From assembly GCA_040143965.1 (NCBI GenBank), contig JASJQH010006880.1:49731-69730 (forward strand): a stretch of 20,000 bases of DNA, written 5' to 3'. Source of the DNA: Basidiobolus ranarum (Eukaryota). The position numbers and the translations under genes are program-made. Of the stretch, positions 1 to 12,044 are shown piece by piece. Below the pieces are notes generated by a model, which was given only the letters and a program-made list of their open reading frames with translations, searched no databases and was not told the origin of the DNA. Each line of letters starts with the position of its first letter. Position 1 is the stretch's first letter.

Positions 1-677
1 GAAGGAAAAGAAACTGAGAACTGAAAACAATAGAATATTCAAGAAACTCTTTTAGAAATTTACCTGCTTTTCCCAGAGTGTAATAATATACAACAGAACC
101 ACTCAAGTTAATAGCCAACGGTAAAACATACTGGTCAATAAAAGAAAGTACTTTTAGTAACTCTTCTCAATCTTATAGTCGTGTGGCTTATATTATCGCT
201 GAAGATCAATTCAAAAGAAAACTTACTTGCCAACGGGTTATTAAAAACCAAATCTCAGCTAAAGTTTGCTTTAAGAAGGTGTCTTTTTGAAGATTTTCTA
301 AGCCTTTCGAGCCACGTTTAATGAAGGGATTGGTAAACCCCCAACATATTGCAACTAAAAAGAACCCAATGGCATTTTCTATGTTGAAAATACAGAAATA
401 TTTGTAAGTTTTTCTGCTACTCTAATATATTACTTTGTACATTCTAGTGAGATACCTATGATGGCATTACTCATTTCATTAACTGGCTACGTTGATTGTA
501 AGTACTGATTGTATCTCTCTTAGTTCCATCGATACATTGCCATCATGACCCCCTATCAACAAATCCGAAAGCCAATCACATGATGTAGAGAATTTTCAAG
601 TTTGATTTATTATCAATGATTATTCCGGAATGAAGTATACAAGAGTAATATATACAGCAATGTATAAATAAGCACAG

Positions 678-1673
678 CTACTTAGGTGTACCAAAAACAG
701 ATTGAGGCAATAGTGACCACATATGAGGAAGTATGGGCATACTAAGGCGCTTGTGAACTGTATCTACTATAGGAAAGCGAGGAACAATTGTGTTTAGCGG
801 CTTCTGACTTACTTCAGATTGGAGTGGAAATTTCTTGGGGTCTAGAGTTAGTGATTCATTTCGGGTGATAACCTGTGGCTTGCTTTGACGAGTCTTAGAC
901 TTGGCTTGAATATGAATCGCTTGGAATCTGCCACAAACATGATCAATCAGTTGTCCGCTAGAGTTTGGTTTACCGGAATCATGCCAGTTTCGTGACACCT
1001 TTTTATCCATCAGATGTACAAAATCCTTCCATTGTTCAGAGGTGATGTGTAATTTGAAATTCAAGAAATACAACAACTCGAACTCCATCTGATTGATTTC
1101 CTCAATACCAAACATCCCATTGCTTACCAGTGCCCAAGTCTTATTATAATATGCATCGTCATAAAGGTACTTGGTAGCTACTATGATTGCCGCTAACAAC
1201 AGTCGATGCCCAGATCCATACGTTCCTCTACATCCAGGGTGTCGTTGTTTCAATCGAATCAAGTACATAAGCGCCACTAATATCGTGGAATGGCTGGTGT
1301 TCATGCGTCTAACAATCTTTGATATAAAGTCAGAGAGTTTAGGTAGCTTCTCTTGTTCAGTATCATCAACCTTAAGGTCTCCACAATGAAATAAAGTATT
1401 CACAATCCTTTCGGTGATGTCTAGGTTGGCAATGAGAAGAGTCAACCCAAGAAGTCACATATCCATAGCTTAACTGAAGTACATACCTATCAATTCTACA
1501 CGAAGCTGTGTGGTAAGATACTCCTTAGAACGTAAACCACTAGAACCGTTTAATAAAACTCGATTGGAGACTTTCCCAAGCTCGTTAGCAGAGTGCGAAG
1601 TTTGAAGTTTTTGGCTACATAGTCTGTTATTGACTAGGATAGTTTGGGCAGAGTTGGGTACTTGGGTTTTCAT
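678..1673 (-). CDS. Pho85-type (Pcl/Pho80 family) cyclin, 2 exons (1673-1487, 1420-678), ~309 aa
   Basis: Cyclin N-box: LSDFISKIVRR..STILVALMYLIRLK..HRLLLAAIIVATKYLYDDAYYNKTW..EINQMEFELLYFLNFKL. The two track ORFs (1470-1748, 678-1445) join through a 66-nt GTATGT...CCTAG phase-1 intron (1486-1421), giving ...RVELI-D-ITER. The ATG at 1673 is in an accATGa context. Confidence 0.9.
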
Positions 1674-2404
1674 GGTAACTCTCCTAATATAAAGGAAGAA
1701 GAGATATAGCTTAAGGTGATATTCAAGTTGAAACTCCGAAAATACCAACTTTCTATGGTCTATTGCAAAAAGAATGGCTTGTAGTTGACAGCGATCTCTA
1801 AGGCGGTAAGGTTTAAATAATTCTCTGGCAGCAAAGAAAAGCAGCCGGGTCTCTACTTTTATTCAAGTGTTTGAGAAACCATTGTGACAGATTTACATTC
1901 TCCTTCAAGATTATCCCGATAAAACATACTCTTGTTGATACTATTCTAAAGTGCTGTACTTCGCAGTGAAAGAACCGCCTAGAAAATTAGGGCCATTACC
2001 AAAATTCACCCAATCCACTGCACCTCCAAACATCGGGAAAAACATCAACTACACTTTCACGGTAATTTTCCATTTAATAACCGACACATGAAACCCGAAA
2101 CAAGTTTTCCGTAACCCTCTTGACCAACCTTCGAGAAGTGTACTACCTCAGCTGAACCAAATTGGTCACCAATCAGTCCATCACCTATTGATATTTGCAC
2201 TTTGAATAGCTTGATGCATCTGGCGTTGTTTAAATTACATACAATCCTTGGTGGAAACATCAATATATGCCAATGATGTCAGATGGTAGGTGTTGATTTG
2301 AGAAACACACCAGATTTGAAAAGAACACCGGCGTCAAGTATTAACCGAGTTCGGTAATTATTGACACTTACGGCCTTGTCTAGTTCACCACCAATACTCT
2401 TGCA

Positions 2405-2418
2405 TAACCCTAACCCTA
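2405..2418. repeat. Telomere-like hexamer doublet (TAACCC)2
   Basis: taaccctaacccta in the divergent intergenic region. The sequence is directly visible; function unknown. Confidence 0.5.
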
Positions 2419-2754
2419 GTTCCTCACGAGATTCCGCACAAACTCCTCAAATCAAACATAATGGGTGGGTATTATGGTGGGCGTACAAGCTTGGGGTGGT
2501 GGGGAGTCATGATTCGAAGGAATTTCAAGCAGTTCACTCGGCTCACGCAATAATTAGATGAATTATCTTAATATGGGATTGGCAAAGGGCAGGGTTGCTA
2601 ATTCTATATGGCCCCGTTCTAAATATAGCTCATGTTGAGTAACATCTGAGTATTTTCACAATGTGTAATGTTTGTGTATTTCAGCAATAGAGCAATGGAG
2701 CGATTTGAATTCAATTTGAATTGGGAATGATGAGATCTGGGTATATTACATGAC

Positions 2755-2768
2755 ATATATATATATAT
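2755..2768. repeat. (AT)7 microsatellite
   Basis: atatatatatatat. Confidence 0.8.
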
Positions 2769-2796
2769 TACATCATATAGCATTGTATTCAATTTG

Positions 2797-2808
2797 TTAG
2801 GGTTAGGG
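2797..2808. repeat. Telomere-like doublet (TTAGGG)2
   Basis: ttagggttaggg, followed by a further agggttag at ~2819-2826. Confidence 0.5.
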
Positions 2809-3050
2809 TATATTTTTGAGGGTTAGAGTTGATTCTATTTTATTTTAGATCCCCTCATTTCCTCCACGCTACTCCTGGCCTCAAACCCCACTATTTTTAC
2901 ATATAACTGCCGAGCACAGTTTGATTTGTATTCCGTTTCTTTGACTTGCTTAATTCTACCTTTTCTTATCCCATTTTAGTTCCCATACTGGTAGGGAAGA
3001 ACACTTAGAAACACTTACTGCAAATCTTACCCCTTTGAAACTAAGAAATC

Positions 3051-3760
3051 ATGTCCAAGTTAAATGTTCGAGTTCCCATGATTAACTCCTGTTGCTTCTG
3101 TGTCAACCTGAGAACCGCCACACTAATTTTATCTGCTCTCGGCATTGTAAGTGTTTATTTTTGCTAATTGTCATAATACTCTCTTCTAATGTATTATATT
3201 TTCGTAATTTAATAGTTCAGTCACTTGTATAGTGCCCTTGTGATCAGACAAATGCCTAAAACTCAAGGATCTTTCTTATATACCCTCTGGATCATTTACT
3301 CATATCTTTCAGTCGCAGTTTGCGGTGCTGGCGCCTTCGGTGTTTATAAGAACAAGGTCAAGTTATTGAGAGTGTTTGCTTTCTATTACTGGGTTGATCT
3401 TGCCCTTGGCTTCATTCTCAGCATCCTCTTCTCAGTCAAAGCTTTCCACTTGGAGGATTCCGTTTGTCAAGAACTTGGCAATGATGCCGGTAGCAAAATC
3501 AATTTGGAAACTTGTCATCAATTTTATAACAATGCAGCTCTTGCCGTATTGGTAGCTCTTGGTCTTTCATTAGTCATCAGAGTAAGTCTTCATCAGATTG
3601 GGATTTATATAGTATTCATTAACCAACCCTACTTTATCAATAGTTACATTATTCCCTCGCAGTTTGGTCATACTATAGACAAAGCACTACAACTCGTTAT
3701 GCCCATGTCGACCTCTCTAATGAGGATACTGACAAGTTGTACGAAACCGACTTTGAGTAA
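3051..3760 (+). CDS. Four-transmembrane protein, LAPTM/tetraspanin-like, 3 exons (3051-3146, 3216-3581, 3644-3760), 192 aa
   Basis: ATG at 3051. Introns GTAAGT...TAG at 3147-3215 (CTAAT branch site ~3186) and 3582-3643, both phase 0. The spliced product is MSKLNVRVPMINSCCFCVNLRTATLILSALGI|FSHLY...LSLVIR|LHYSLAVWSYYRQ...YETDFE*. It has four hydrophobic segments, an N-terminal CCxCxxLR motif and two Cys in the TM3-TM4 loop. Confidence 0.85.
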
Positions 3761-5291
3761 AGTTTCGAACCGATGCCTTCTACTTTTCGATGTGATTCAC
3801 TGGTGAGTGTAAACTATCGATGGTACCACTAGTCATTCATATCAGACTACGCAGCCCACTTACGGATATAACGAAACCGTTTCTTTTTATTCTTTCCATA
3901 TCTCCCATGGCTTCACTAGATCCCACCACAAATTTATTTTCCTTTTTTACTTCACTTTCATTCACTTGTACTCAAACTTGAAATCCCTCCTCCATCGTAT
4001 TTCCTTTGTCAGTGATGTGGATGTTTACCTCTGATTTATGGTGACTTTTTCTTCCGACCCTAACCCTAAATGCTGAGCCCTACTCATTGATACAAATAAA
4101 CCCTAATACAGAATTTCCCCCATATTTAGGCTAATATCTGGATATAAATGGGATTATTTTAGTTTATATCGATGAGTTTTTATCCAATCAACTTGAGATA
4201 TAATGGTCGATGATCTAATGATATCGGTGGATCTATGGCGCATTCGTAAATGTTTCAATTAATGAGGTATAATGGAGTAATAGTAACGACAGAGGTCCTA
4301 CTCTTGCTATTTTTAATATTGAAAGTGACTATATTCGGTGGAAATTATTAAACATCTCAACCATTATACATTACATTGTGCATCATCATCTTATTCCTGA
4401 ACCAAATGCTTTTTAATAAGTATCCCTTTGAACTCCAATCACATCCGAATCCCATGATATCTATATATACAGAGTCTAGGGCTATTGTTAGTAAGTGCTT
4501 CATGAAGCTGGTGTGATGTTCTGTGCGTATCTCGAGATAATCGTTTCACACTTCACATAAATCTGGAATATTAACAATAGCTAGCTTTATGCACATAGTT
4601 TTATGCACATACATACCCTTGTGGTCCTTTCATCATTGGTAAGAGTCACAGTAGGGTTTGATTAGAAGTGGTCCGTTTGAATGTATTTCTTAAGATCTTC
4701 TCTTTGTCCCGTCAATATCGGATTTATATTTATGTCAGCATTGGACCAAACAGGCCATGAAATGAGATTTGCAGCAGACTCAATTATTGATTTTTGGATT
4801 GTAATAATACTGGAATATTACTTCAAATCAATTGGAGCCCAGTTTAGGAGTAAAAATATAGCCCATATTGTTCACTTGATTGATAATTAGACCCTAATAT
4901 CATTTCCAAGCACTTCAAAACTATCAAGAAATGTACAGGTTGACGAGGTGACTAGATGGGAACTGTCACATGTGATCAAATAAGTTCATTTGTGATGTAT
5001 TACTCTACTGTATGGAACCGTTACTTCTCCATTTGTTCAAGACTTCAAGAACTCAAGTTTTTTTTAATGTTCATCAACCATCTTTGCCAGCCTCCTTTAC
5101 ATCAACACAAAATTTGATGTTCGTTTAAAGATATATTTTCTCAATACATCTAGGGCATATATAGTGTATACATTGTTTACTGGATCACAGAAATACTCAG
5201 TAAAGGAACGATGTGTATGATGGACTTGATATACTGATATCGAGAAGTTTGCACTTGATGCTTAGATACATGCCAAGCAATCTGCTTTTGG

Positions 5292-5470
5292 TTGTTGATA
5301 ATGACATAGCTTAAACATCTATATAGGCATATAGCTAGCTACCTAAACTTCACTATGATATTCTTCTATATCTTCACTTGGAATTTACTAGAATTATTTT
5401 TATCAACTTGAAAGTTCTCAGATTATATAATTTTCTCAAACTTGTCCAAGAGACCTCTAACTTTGTACAC
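5292..5470 (+). repeat. Degenerate partial copy (copy 0) of the ~340-bp interspersed repeat; left arm of a foldback
   Basis: ttgttgataatgacatagcttaaacatctatatagg...aaagttctcag...aactttgtacac aligns by eye to the first half of the copies at 12045 and 12513, and is inverted relative to 5634-5800. Confidence 0.7.
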
Positions 5471-5472
5471 CC

Positions 5473-5800
5473 GATGTTAAAGTATTTGGGAGCCTGTTGG
5501 AAGTGGTTTGGAGAATTAGAGGAATTGGTGGTTTCACTTATTGATTTATTGAGTATTCAGTTGACATTTATAGTTTTGTCAAGATGTAAACAAACTAACG
5601 TGTAGAATGTGTTAAGGAAGGTCCCAGGAACATGTGTGCAAAGTTTGGGGCTTCTAGCACAAGTTATCAGAATCTATATATCTGAGAACTTCTAAGTAAA
5701 TTCCAATTGAGAAATATGGATAATATCTTAGTTCATTATAAGATAACTAAGTACTAAGCTATATATGACTATATAGGTGTTTAGGCAATGCTAATTTCAA
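5473..5800 (-). repeat. Interspersed repeat copy 1 (putative MITE/non-autonomous element)
   Basis: Its reverse complement aligns over its whole length to 12045-12398 and 12513-12842. 5752-5800 is a perfect 49-bp reverse complement of 12046-12094. Confidence 0.9.
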
Positions 5801-7536
5801 TACTGGGGCTGGTTAAGTAACCTATGCAGTGGAATGAACCAAGTAAGCCTGTCCTTATCAATCATTACACCAGGGTTGTAGTGATGTGAGGGCATCAGTT
5901 AGCTAAGTGAGTCAGAAATTAGATATTGATGAAATTGTCAATGTCTGGAATTCTTAGAGAGGTATTAAAGAAATCAGGAATTTTCACTATTTCAATCGAT
6001 AGAAAAACAGAATGTAGTTATATCCAGAACATTCAAGGGAGTACAATTTATCTTGTGGGGTTAATTTTATGATTTAGAAATTGCAAGTCAACTCAGCTAA
6101 TTCGGAGATATGCCGCATAAGAATAATATCTATTAGTTGTGATGATAGATTAGGGATATTAAAGTAATGTATACTGTAAATAGTAAACTCTATACACTTC
6201 AATGTGCTGTAGTGGTAGTTTATTCAAAATTTAGGGTCAATAGTGAACTGAAGCATCTCTTCAGTTCAAGGATGCGTGTCAATTTAAAGCACTCAGATTT
6301 AGTGAGCTCATAAAGCTTGCACATTGGTTTTATTATATTCTTTCTAAATTTATACTTCAGTATAGAAGAAAGCAGTAAGATGAAGTATCAACTTACCCCT
6401 TACGCCACCTTTTATCTTCTAAATTATTGATATAGGCTAGTTGGCCATATTTTGCAATTATCGAACTCTGTTGATATACCATTATTTCAAAAATGACACA
6501 GTTGGCTTCAATTATGATCACCGAAAATCGATTAATCGATCAAGCTCATTTATCGCAAGCAATATCACCTGAAAGCACTGTATGTTATGCGTGTAACCGA
6601 TCACACTTGCACTATCTTGATAAAGTTTTCGCATATATATAATACAGTATTGTTGACAATTAGATATCAACATAGACAAATAATTGATTAATATGCAGCA
6701 ATCTAGAGTGTCTAATCCATATTTCCAGTAACATTACCCAGGTCATTGAAGATGCCCTCTAGACTCCTTCGCAAAGATCACCTCGGTTCAATACTTGAAG
6801 TTCACACTACAGTGATGAATCGAATGTATCTCTAATGAAATTGTGTAGAAAAATTCCATGTAAATAAGAATATTAGGTATTTTACGTAGATTTCTATCCC
6901 TTTCAGTAAATTATGTGGGTCAATTTTGAAGATAGACGAGGATATTTTAGAAAAGAGTAGGAATTGAGTAGGAATTGGGCTATCTGCACTGAGATCAGCC
7001 ATAAATGGTGTTGTTGGGGAAGATAATGTAGACTGACGTATAAAGAGCAAATCAAGTAAGGTAGATCTTTGGAGAAGTTTGGATTCGGGACTCATGTCAA
7101 CGTGGTGAAGTCTATATTTGGATGGGATGATCCCATTTGTATAACATTCCTTGATTACACCGAATGAAGGTGAAATTATCATTGATGTATGTTAATTATC
7201 TCTGGAATTGGGAACGCAGATTTAGAAAAAGGTTACCAAGAAATAATTGCCATGGCCTTGATATGGCAACCTACACTTGCAATTACTATTGATTTGCTGA
7301 GTGATGTCTCGTTCAATATACAATAGGTGTTGTATCAACACTAACATACTAATAATGTTCAAGGTGCTTGAGGAATATGGTTTATTCGACCGCAGAAAGG
7401 TTAATATTAGAGGCAGGATGTAGTAAAATGAATAATGCTCAACATATGCGTCAAGTTAATTACAAAGGAGGTGTTTCTAAGGGACGAGATGGAAGTGGAA
7501 TGCCACTGATTTCTAGGCAAACGATTGGCGATATCA

Positions 7537-8994
7537 CTATTGTTCAACCATAGCAGGGGATTCAGTTTCCTCAGGTACATGCCCGGTAATCTCTTCGATA
7601 CTACGACCTTTGGTTTCGGGTAAGAAGAAGAGAACTCCAATGAAACCAACGATACAAGCAACAACGAAGATCAAGAACACATAACCTTGCATAGCATTCT
7701 TGAGGGATGGGAAGAAGAAACCAACGATAAAGTTACCGAGCCAATTGAGACCAAGGGCACTGGAAGCTACGGTGGAGACAGCTCTAGTGGGGATGAGTTC
7801 GGAAATGATCAAGAAAGGAATGGGTCCCATTCCCAATGCAAATGCAACAACGAATGCAAATAGACCGAGAATGACGAGTCCAGAGTCATTGCATTGAATG
7901 CCAATAATCATAAGTACATTGAATGAAGCCATACCGGCAAGACTGATGAGAACGAGAAACTTTCTACCGACACGATCAATCAAGAGAATAGTGACAATGG
8001 TGGAGAGCAAATTGATGGCACCAACTCCGACGGTAAGATACTGTGCGGTTTGGTTTCCGTAGATGGAGGTGAAAATAGAGGTGGAGTAGTACATAATGCC
8101 GTTGATACCACAAAGTTGCTGAATGATACAGAGGAACATGCACATGAAAGCATGCTTACGAGTTAATGGGTCGTTCATAATGAATCTGAAACCATCCATC
8201 ATCGAGGTTTGCTCACCAGCGGCCTTAGCATGAGCACGAGCATCTATCATAGTTTGAAGTTCGCCGGAAATATCCAAACCTTTACGAAGCTTGAGTAAAG
8301 ATTTCTCGGCATCTTCAATACGATCCTTGGAAACATAGTAACGGGGAGTCTCAGTAATGAAAACTAAAGTGACCAACTGAAAGATAGCAATAGCACCAGT
8401 AAGAGCTAAGCACACACGCCATCCAGAAGGGCTAGATAAACCGAGACCAGCAGCTTGAGTGATTAACTGACCGATGACACAAGTAAGTTGGGTCATAGCA
8501 CCGTAGGCACCACGAACTCTAGTAGTGGATACCTCACCGATGTAGGTGGGAAGAACGACAGTTCCAAAGCCAGACCCAATACCAGTGAATAAACGACCAA
8601 CAATCCACATACCCTTGTTCTTGGACAGACCAATGAGTAGAGCACCAATGATGAAGAAAATATTGTTGAAAATTAATGAGTTACGACGACCGAACTTTGC
8701 TTGGGCCCAACCAGCGGAAAGGCCTCCGATAGCACCACCGATGGAGAAACTACTGACAGCAAAACCCCACATCCAATCGCCCATGGTAAAGCAAGCAGGG
8801 AAACCATTGATTTTTTCATCAGGGTTATCGCAGGAGATAATAGAGGCTTGGACAATGTTGGTATCTGAAGTATTCCAACCGTTGTTGAAGGATACAAGAC
8901 AAGCAATAGAGACGCATAAGACTGTGTAGAAAGAGAACCCAGCCTGAGACGAATCCATCGACCCCTTATGTTCTTTTGTAGATTGGCCAATCAT
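7537..8994 (-). CDS. MFS sugar porter, GLUT/SLC2A-like hexose transporter (~485 aa, intronless)
   Basis: Twelve-TM pattern with the motifs FGRR, GRLFTGIG, YIGEVS..RG, ETPR, QQLCGINGIMYYS, DRVGR, GPIPFLIISEL and PETKGR. The first in-frame ATG is at 8994 (the track start 9015 is TTG); an alternative ATG lies at 8958. Confidence 0.95.
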   Translation of the reverse strand: MIGQSTKEHKGSMDSSQAGFSFYTVLCVSIACLVSFNNGWNTSDTNIVQASIISCDNPDEKINGFPACFTMGDWMWGFAVSSFSIGGAIGGLSAGWAQAKFGRRNSLIFNNIFFIIGALLIGLSKNKGMWIVGRLFTGIGSGFGTVVLPTYIGEVSTTRVRGAYGAMTQLTCVIGQLITQAAGLGLSSPSGWRVCLALTGAIAIFQLVTLVFITETPRYYVSKDRIEDAEKSLLKLRKGLDISGELQTMIDARAHAKAAGEQTSMMDGFRFIMNDPLTRKHAFMCMFLCIIQQLCGINGIMYYSTSIFTSIYGNQTAQYLTVGVGAINLLSTIVTILLIDRVGRKFLVLISLAGMASFNVLMIIGIQCNDSGLVILGLFAFVVAFALGMGPIPFLIISELIPTRAVSTVASSALGLNWLGNFIVGFFFPSLKNAMQGYVFLIFVVACIVGFIGVLFFLPETKGRSIEEITGHVPEETESPAMVEQ

Positions 8995-9120
8995 TAAATT
9001 ATTGGGAGATATCAAGCGAGGCGATATGTATTAGCGGAGATATCGAAGGAGAGAGATGTTTAAAGTAGACCTTGAGAGTGAATTGCAAAATATAATGGAG
9101 AAATATGCTGCTACAGATGC

Positions 9121-9128
9121 TATTTATA
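9121..9128 (-). promoter_or_regulatory. Candidate TATA box of the sugar transporter
   Basis: TATAAATA on the minus strand ~130 bp upstream of the ATG, followed by a pyrimidine-rich leader. Confidence 0.5.
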
Positions 9129-12044
9129 CTCGGATTTGGGAATTATTTATACACGATTATGTGCTCTGTTAATAAACTGTTTTTGGAATTTATACTGTGA
9201 CTATGATTGGATGATCGAACAGTCTACATTGTCGTGTCTGGACTATCTAGTTACCTTTAAGTCTTGTTTAGCTTTGCTTTACTCTAGTTGTTGATTTGCT
9301 TTTGCTAAGCTTTTATACATGTCTAGACTGAGCCATCTGGTCAATTCCGATCCATAGCTGCTGCAGAGGTAGTGTTCATACATCAAAGGGCTAACTGATA
9401 AACGCGTAGATGAAAATATACCAAATAATGATGGACACAGTTTTTGCGGGCAACTCTGGACAGGACAAGCACCTGCTAACACTGATTAGTAACACCATCA
9501 GGTGAGTTGGAATACCCGGGTGGAATGCTCGGTGTTATAGGAGAGGCAAGAACCCATTTGTCGGGCTAATTAAACTTAAAACGTTTGATTTACTTCCAAC
9601 AACCAATGATTCTGCTTTGGTATTTCTGCAATTGTTAGTAACTTGGTGGAGGCCATTTAAAACCGCATGCATGTTCAGAACTGATCATTTGGCAATACAA
9701 ATTCAATATAAATAAAGCATCTAGAGCACTTCTAATTCTGGAGAAACCAATGGGTGTTGTTGCTTAATGCACTTTAGCTGTCCTTTTTAGAAGCTCAGCA
9801 AATATTGGCCATTAAGTTTCAAGCTAATCTAGCTACAACGTTGATCGGGGTTACTGTCTTCAAAAAGGAGAATCCAGATACCCTTCTAGATCATGGTAGT
9901 TGCTTTTGTGTTAACAAAACAACTCATCCAATTCTACGGGAGATATCGGGGTAAGTTCAATCATTCATTGGTCTGACTTTTCTGGTTTTCTCATTTGCCT
10001 CTCTTGGATGACTAACATAATATCAGTAGTACTTTTGACAGGAAATAGCCCTAGTCTCCGTGCATCCAGTAAGTGCATCCTTTCAAAAGGTGGTTTATGT
10101 ATATGATCAAAGTTGTCGTCAGAGGGGATATCTTGTCCAGCGATATCCCCAAATATCGCAATAGAAGGATACCCAGCGCCCTGGGGTTACAACAGAGGTC
10201 AATTATCCGTTACGGCTTTACTAATCCTGAATTCCGCTTTACTGCAGAGACGTCATGTGGACCTAGCTTTGGATGAGGAAGGAGGTAAAAATCAATGATT
10301 GGCTAGACTGATATTAGCTGTCAGAAGATGAAATAGGCAATTACGTCAATAAGGTGCTAACAAATGTTCGACCTTTCCAAGCTTAACTCTGTTGCTCAGA
10401 TTAGAAGCAATTATTCCTTAGAATGAACTATGAATCTGTTTTTGTAATAAGAATAATCTGCTCCGTTCATATCGATTTTAACGTAACTTACATGGAATGT
10501 GAAAAAGCCGGTATTGTGTGAAGCACAAGATTAATATCAGCTTTCGTGACACAAATCTACATATACGTTCATGCCAATCAGTACCAGTGATCAATCTGTC
10601 ACTGGAACAATCCAAGGATCCTTGAAATGGAAGAAGAGACTACATGGCGAGAGAGTACAGGAACTCTCATGTTACAAATATTATCCCCACATCAGATATA
10701 TACAAATTTAGTAAGCTGGTGTGTTACCTGGCGAAGTAGTGAAACGGTAAAAATCCTGACTGTCCAGTAACCCTCGGTGGAATCTCCTAAAGATGGTATA
10801 CTACAGTCTGGGTTACAAACGATCATTCTGCCAAAAACTTCTGTAGAACTTTTTGGTGACTCCAAAGGCTCTTCTTATCGTTACAAGTAAGTTGTATTAT
10901 AGAATAATTAATGGAGTGAGTTCAATCAATTGATGTCAGTAGAAAGGAAGATCGTACTCCCATGACTTGTGTAAAATATTCTTAAAGAACAGGGGCTAAG
11001 TTTTGTCACTTGAGGTTCGATTGATACTGAAGAAAGAAACGTAATGAATTTACGTTACAAACCGCTGCAGGTATTCCTGAGGAATCGATGTTTACGAATA
11101 CCAAACTTCAGCTAAAGCCTTTTTTATAGGAAGCTTAAATCAACATCATACGCAGGGCCGTAACTAAATACTTTTGCTATCTTTATTGTAGACGAACTTG
11201 AGTTTCATTTCTTCATCACATACGCCTCAAAATATTGGTTATTCCAGTCGTTATAACCAATACTCTGCCATTGTGCTAACAAAAGTGATATTGTTAAAAA
11301 AGGCGGTGTGACTCTATCAGTATTTCCAATGACTGATTTTAGAAAAAGTGCAGTAACATAGAGTAATTAAATCTTGTTTGATTCATCCGAAGATAGGGTT
11401 TTTTGAATAAAAAGAGAGTTAACTTATGAAGTCAATGTAGTGAAGACTGTAAGGGAATCTCCAATCCAACCATTAAATGATCCAGAAAGAATCCCCAACT
11501 TGCCTCACTTTTTATCTACTCCTCGACGACAATCTTGAATCCGTTAGATGACGGTACCACAAGTAATAGACCGAGGAAACGATGCTAAAGTGCACATACA
11601 TCGTCGAATACCTATTTATATACAAATCGAAGTAATGGGATCATTGGAAATCATTTTCATTACTAGTAAAAAATTTAAAACGACCATATGTAAAACATTT
11701 GGATCAAGAACACGGTTACCTACATGTATGTCCCAACTATTTGAACTTCTTACCACCAAGGTGTAACAATATTAACTATGAAATGCTAATATGAGGAGAC
11801 AATACTCGTGCTCTAGTGATTGCAGATAAATAGCAACATGCTACGCGGCCAAAATTGTAGAAAAATTGCCTGGTAATTGCCACACAGGAATACTCAATCC
11901 TGGTTGTGTAGAGTGATTCAAAGGAAATATATGGTGCAATACTTCTCAAAGCAATTGCGAAGCTCGTTTCGCCAAAATATTTCATTGATATTCCTTGGCA
12001 GTATCTTGATTTACAGAAGCATTACTTCTCCCATTCACCTTTTT

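Noticed and set aside
87-410. Stop-poor frame (PLKLIANGKTYWSIK...KKVSF*RFSKPFE...) with a single in-frame TGA
   Set aside because: No start codon for the first part, no recognisable family and no clear splice model; cannot be supported as an exon, readthrough or pseudogene.
5378-5605. ORF sharing peptide fragments with ORF 12709-12954 (LKY.G...CK..NV)
   Set aside because: Both lie in the same repeat family, and the frame is not conserved between copies (indels), so the repeat is non-coding.
6832-7182. 116-aa minus-strand ORF downstream of the transporter, containing an 11-bp tandem duplication (6955-6976)
   Set aside because: No recognisable motifs; length is compatible with chance.
7700-8990. 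Overlapping and antisense ORFs within the sugar transporter (7700-7897, 8546-8929, 8673-8990)
   Set aside because: Shadow frames of a strongly codon-biased gene; no recognisable motifs.
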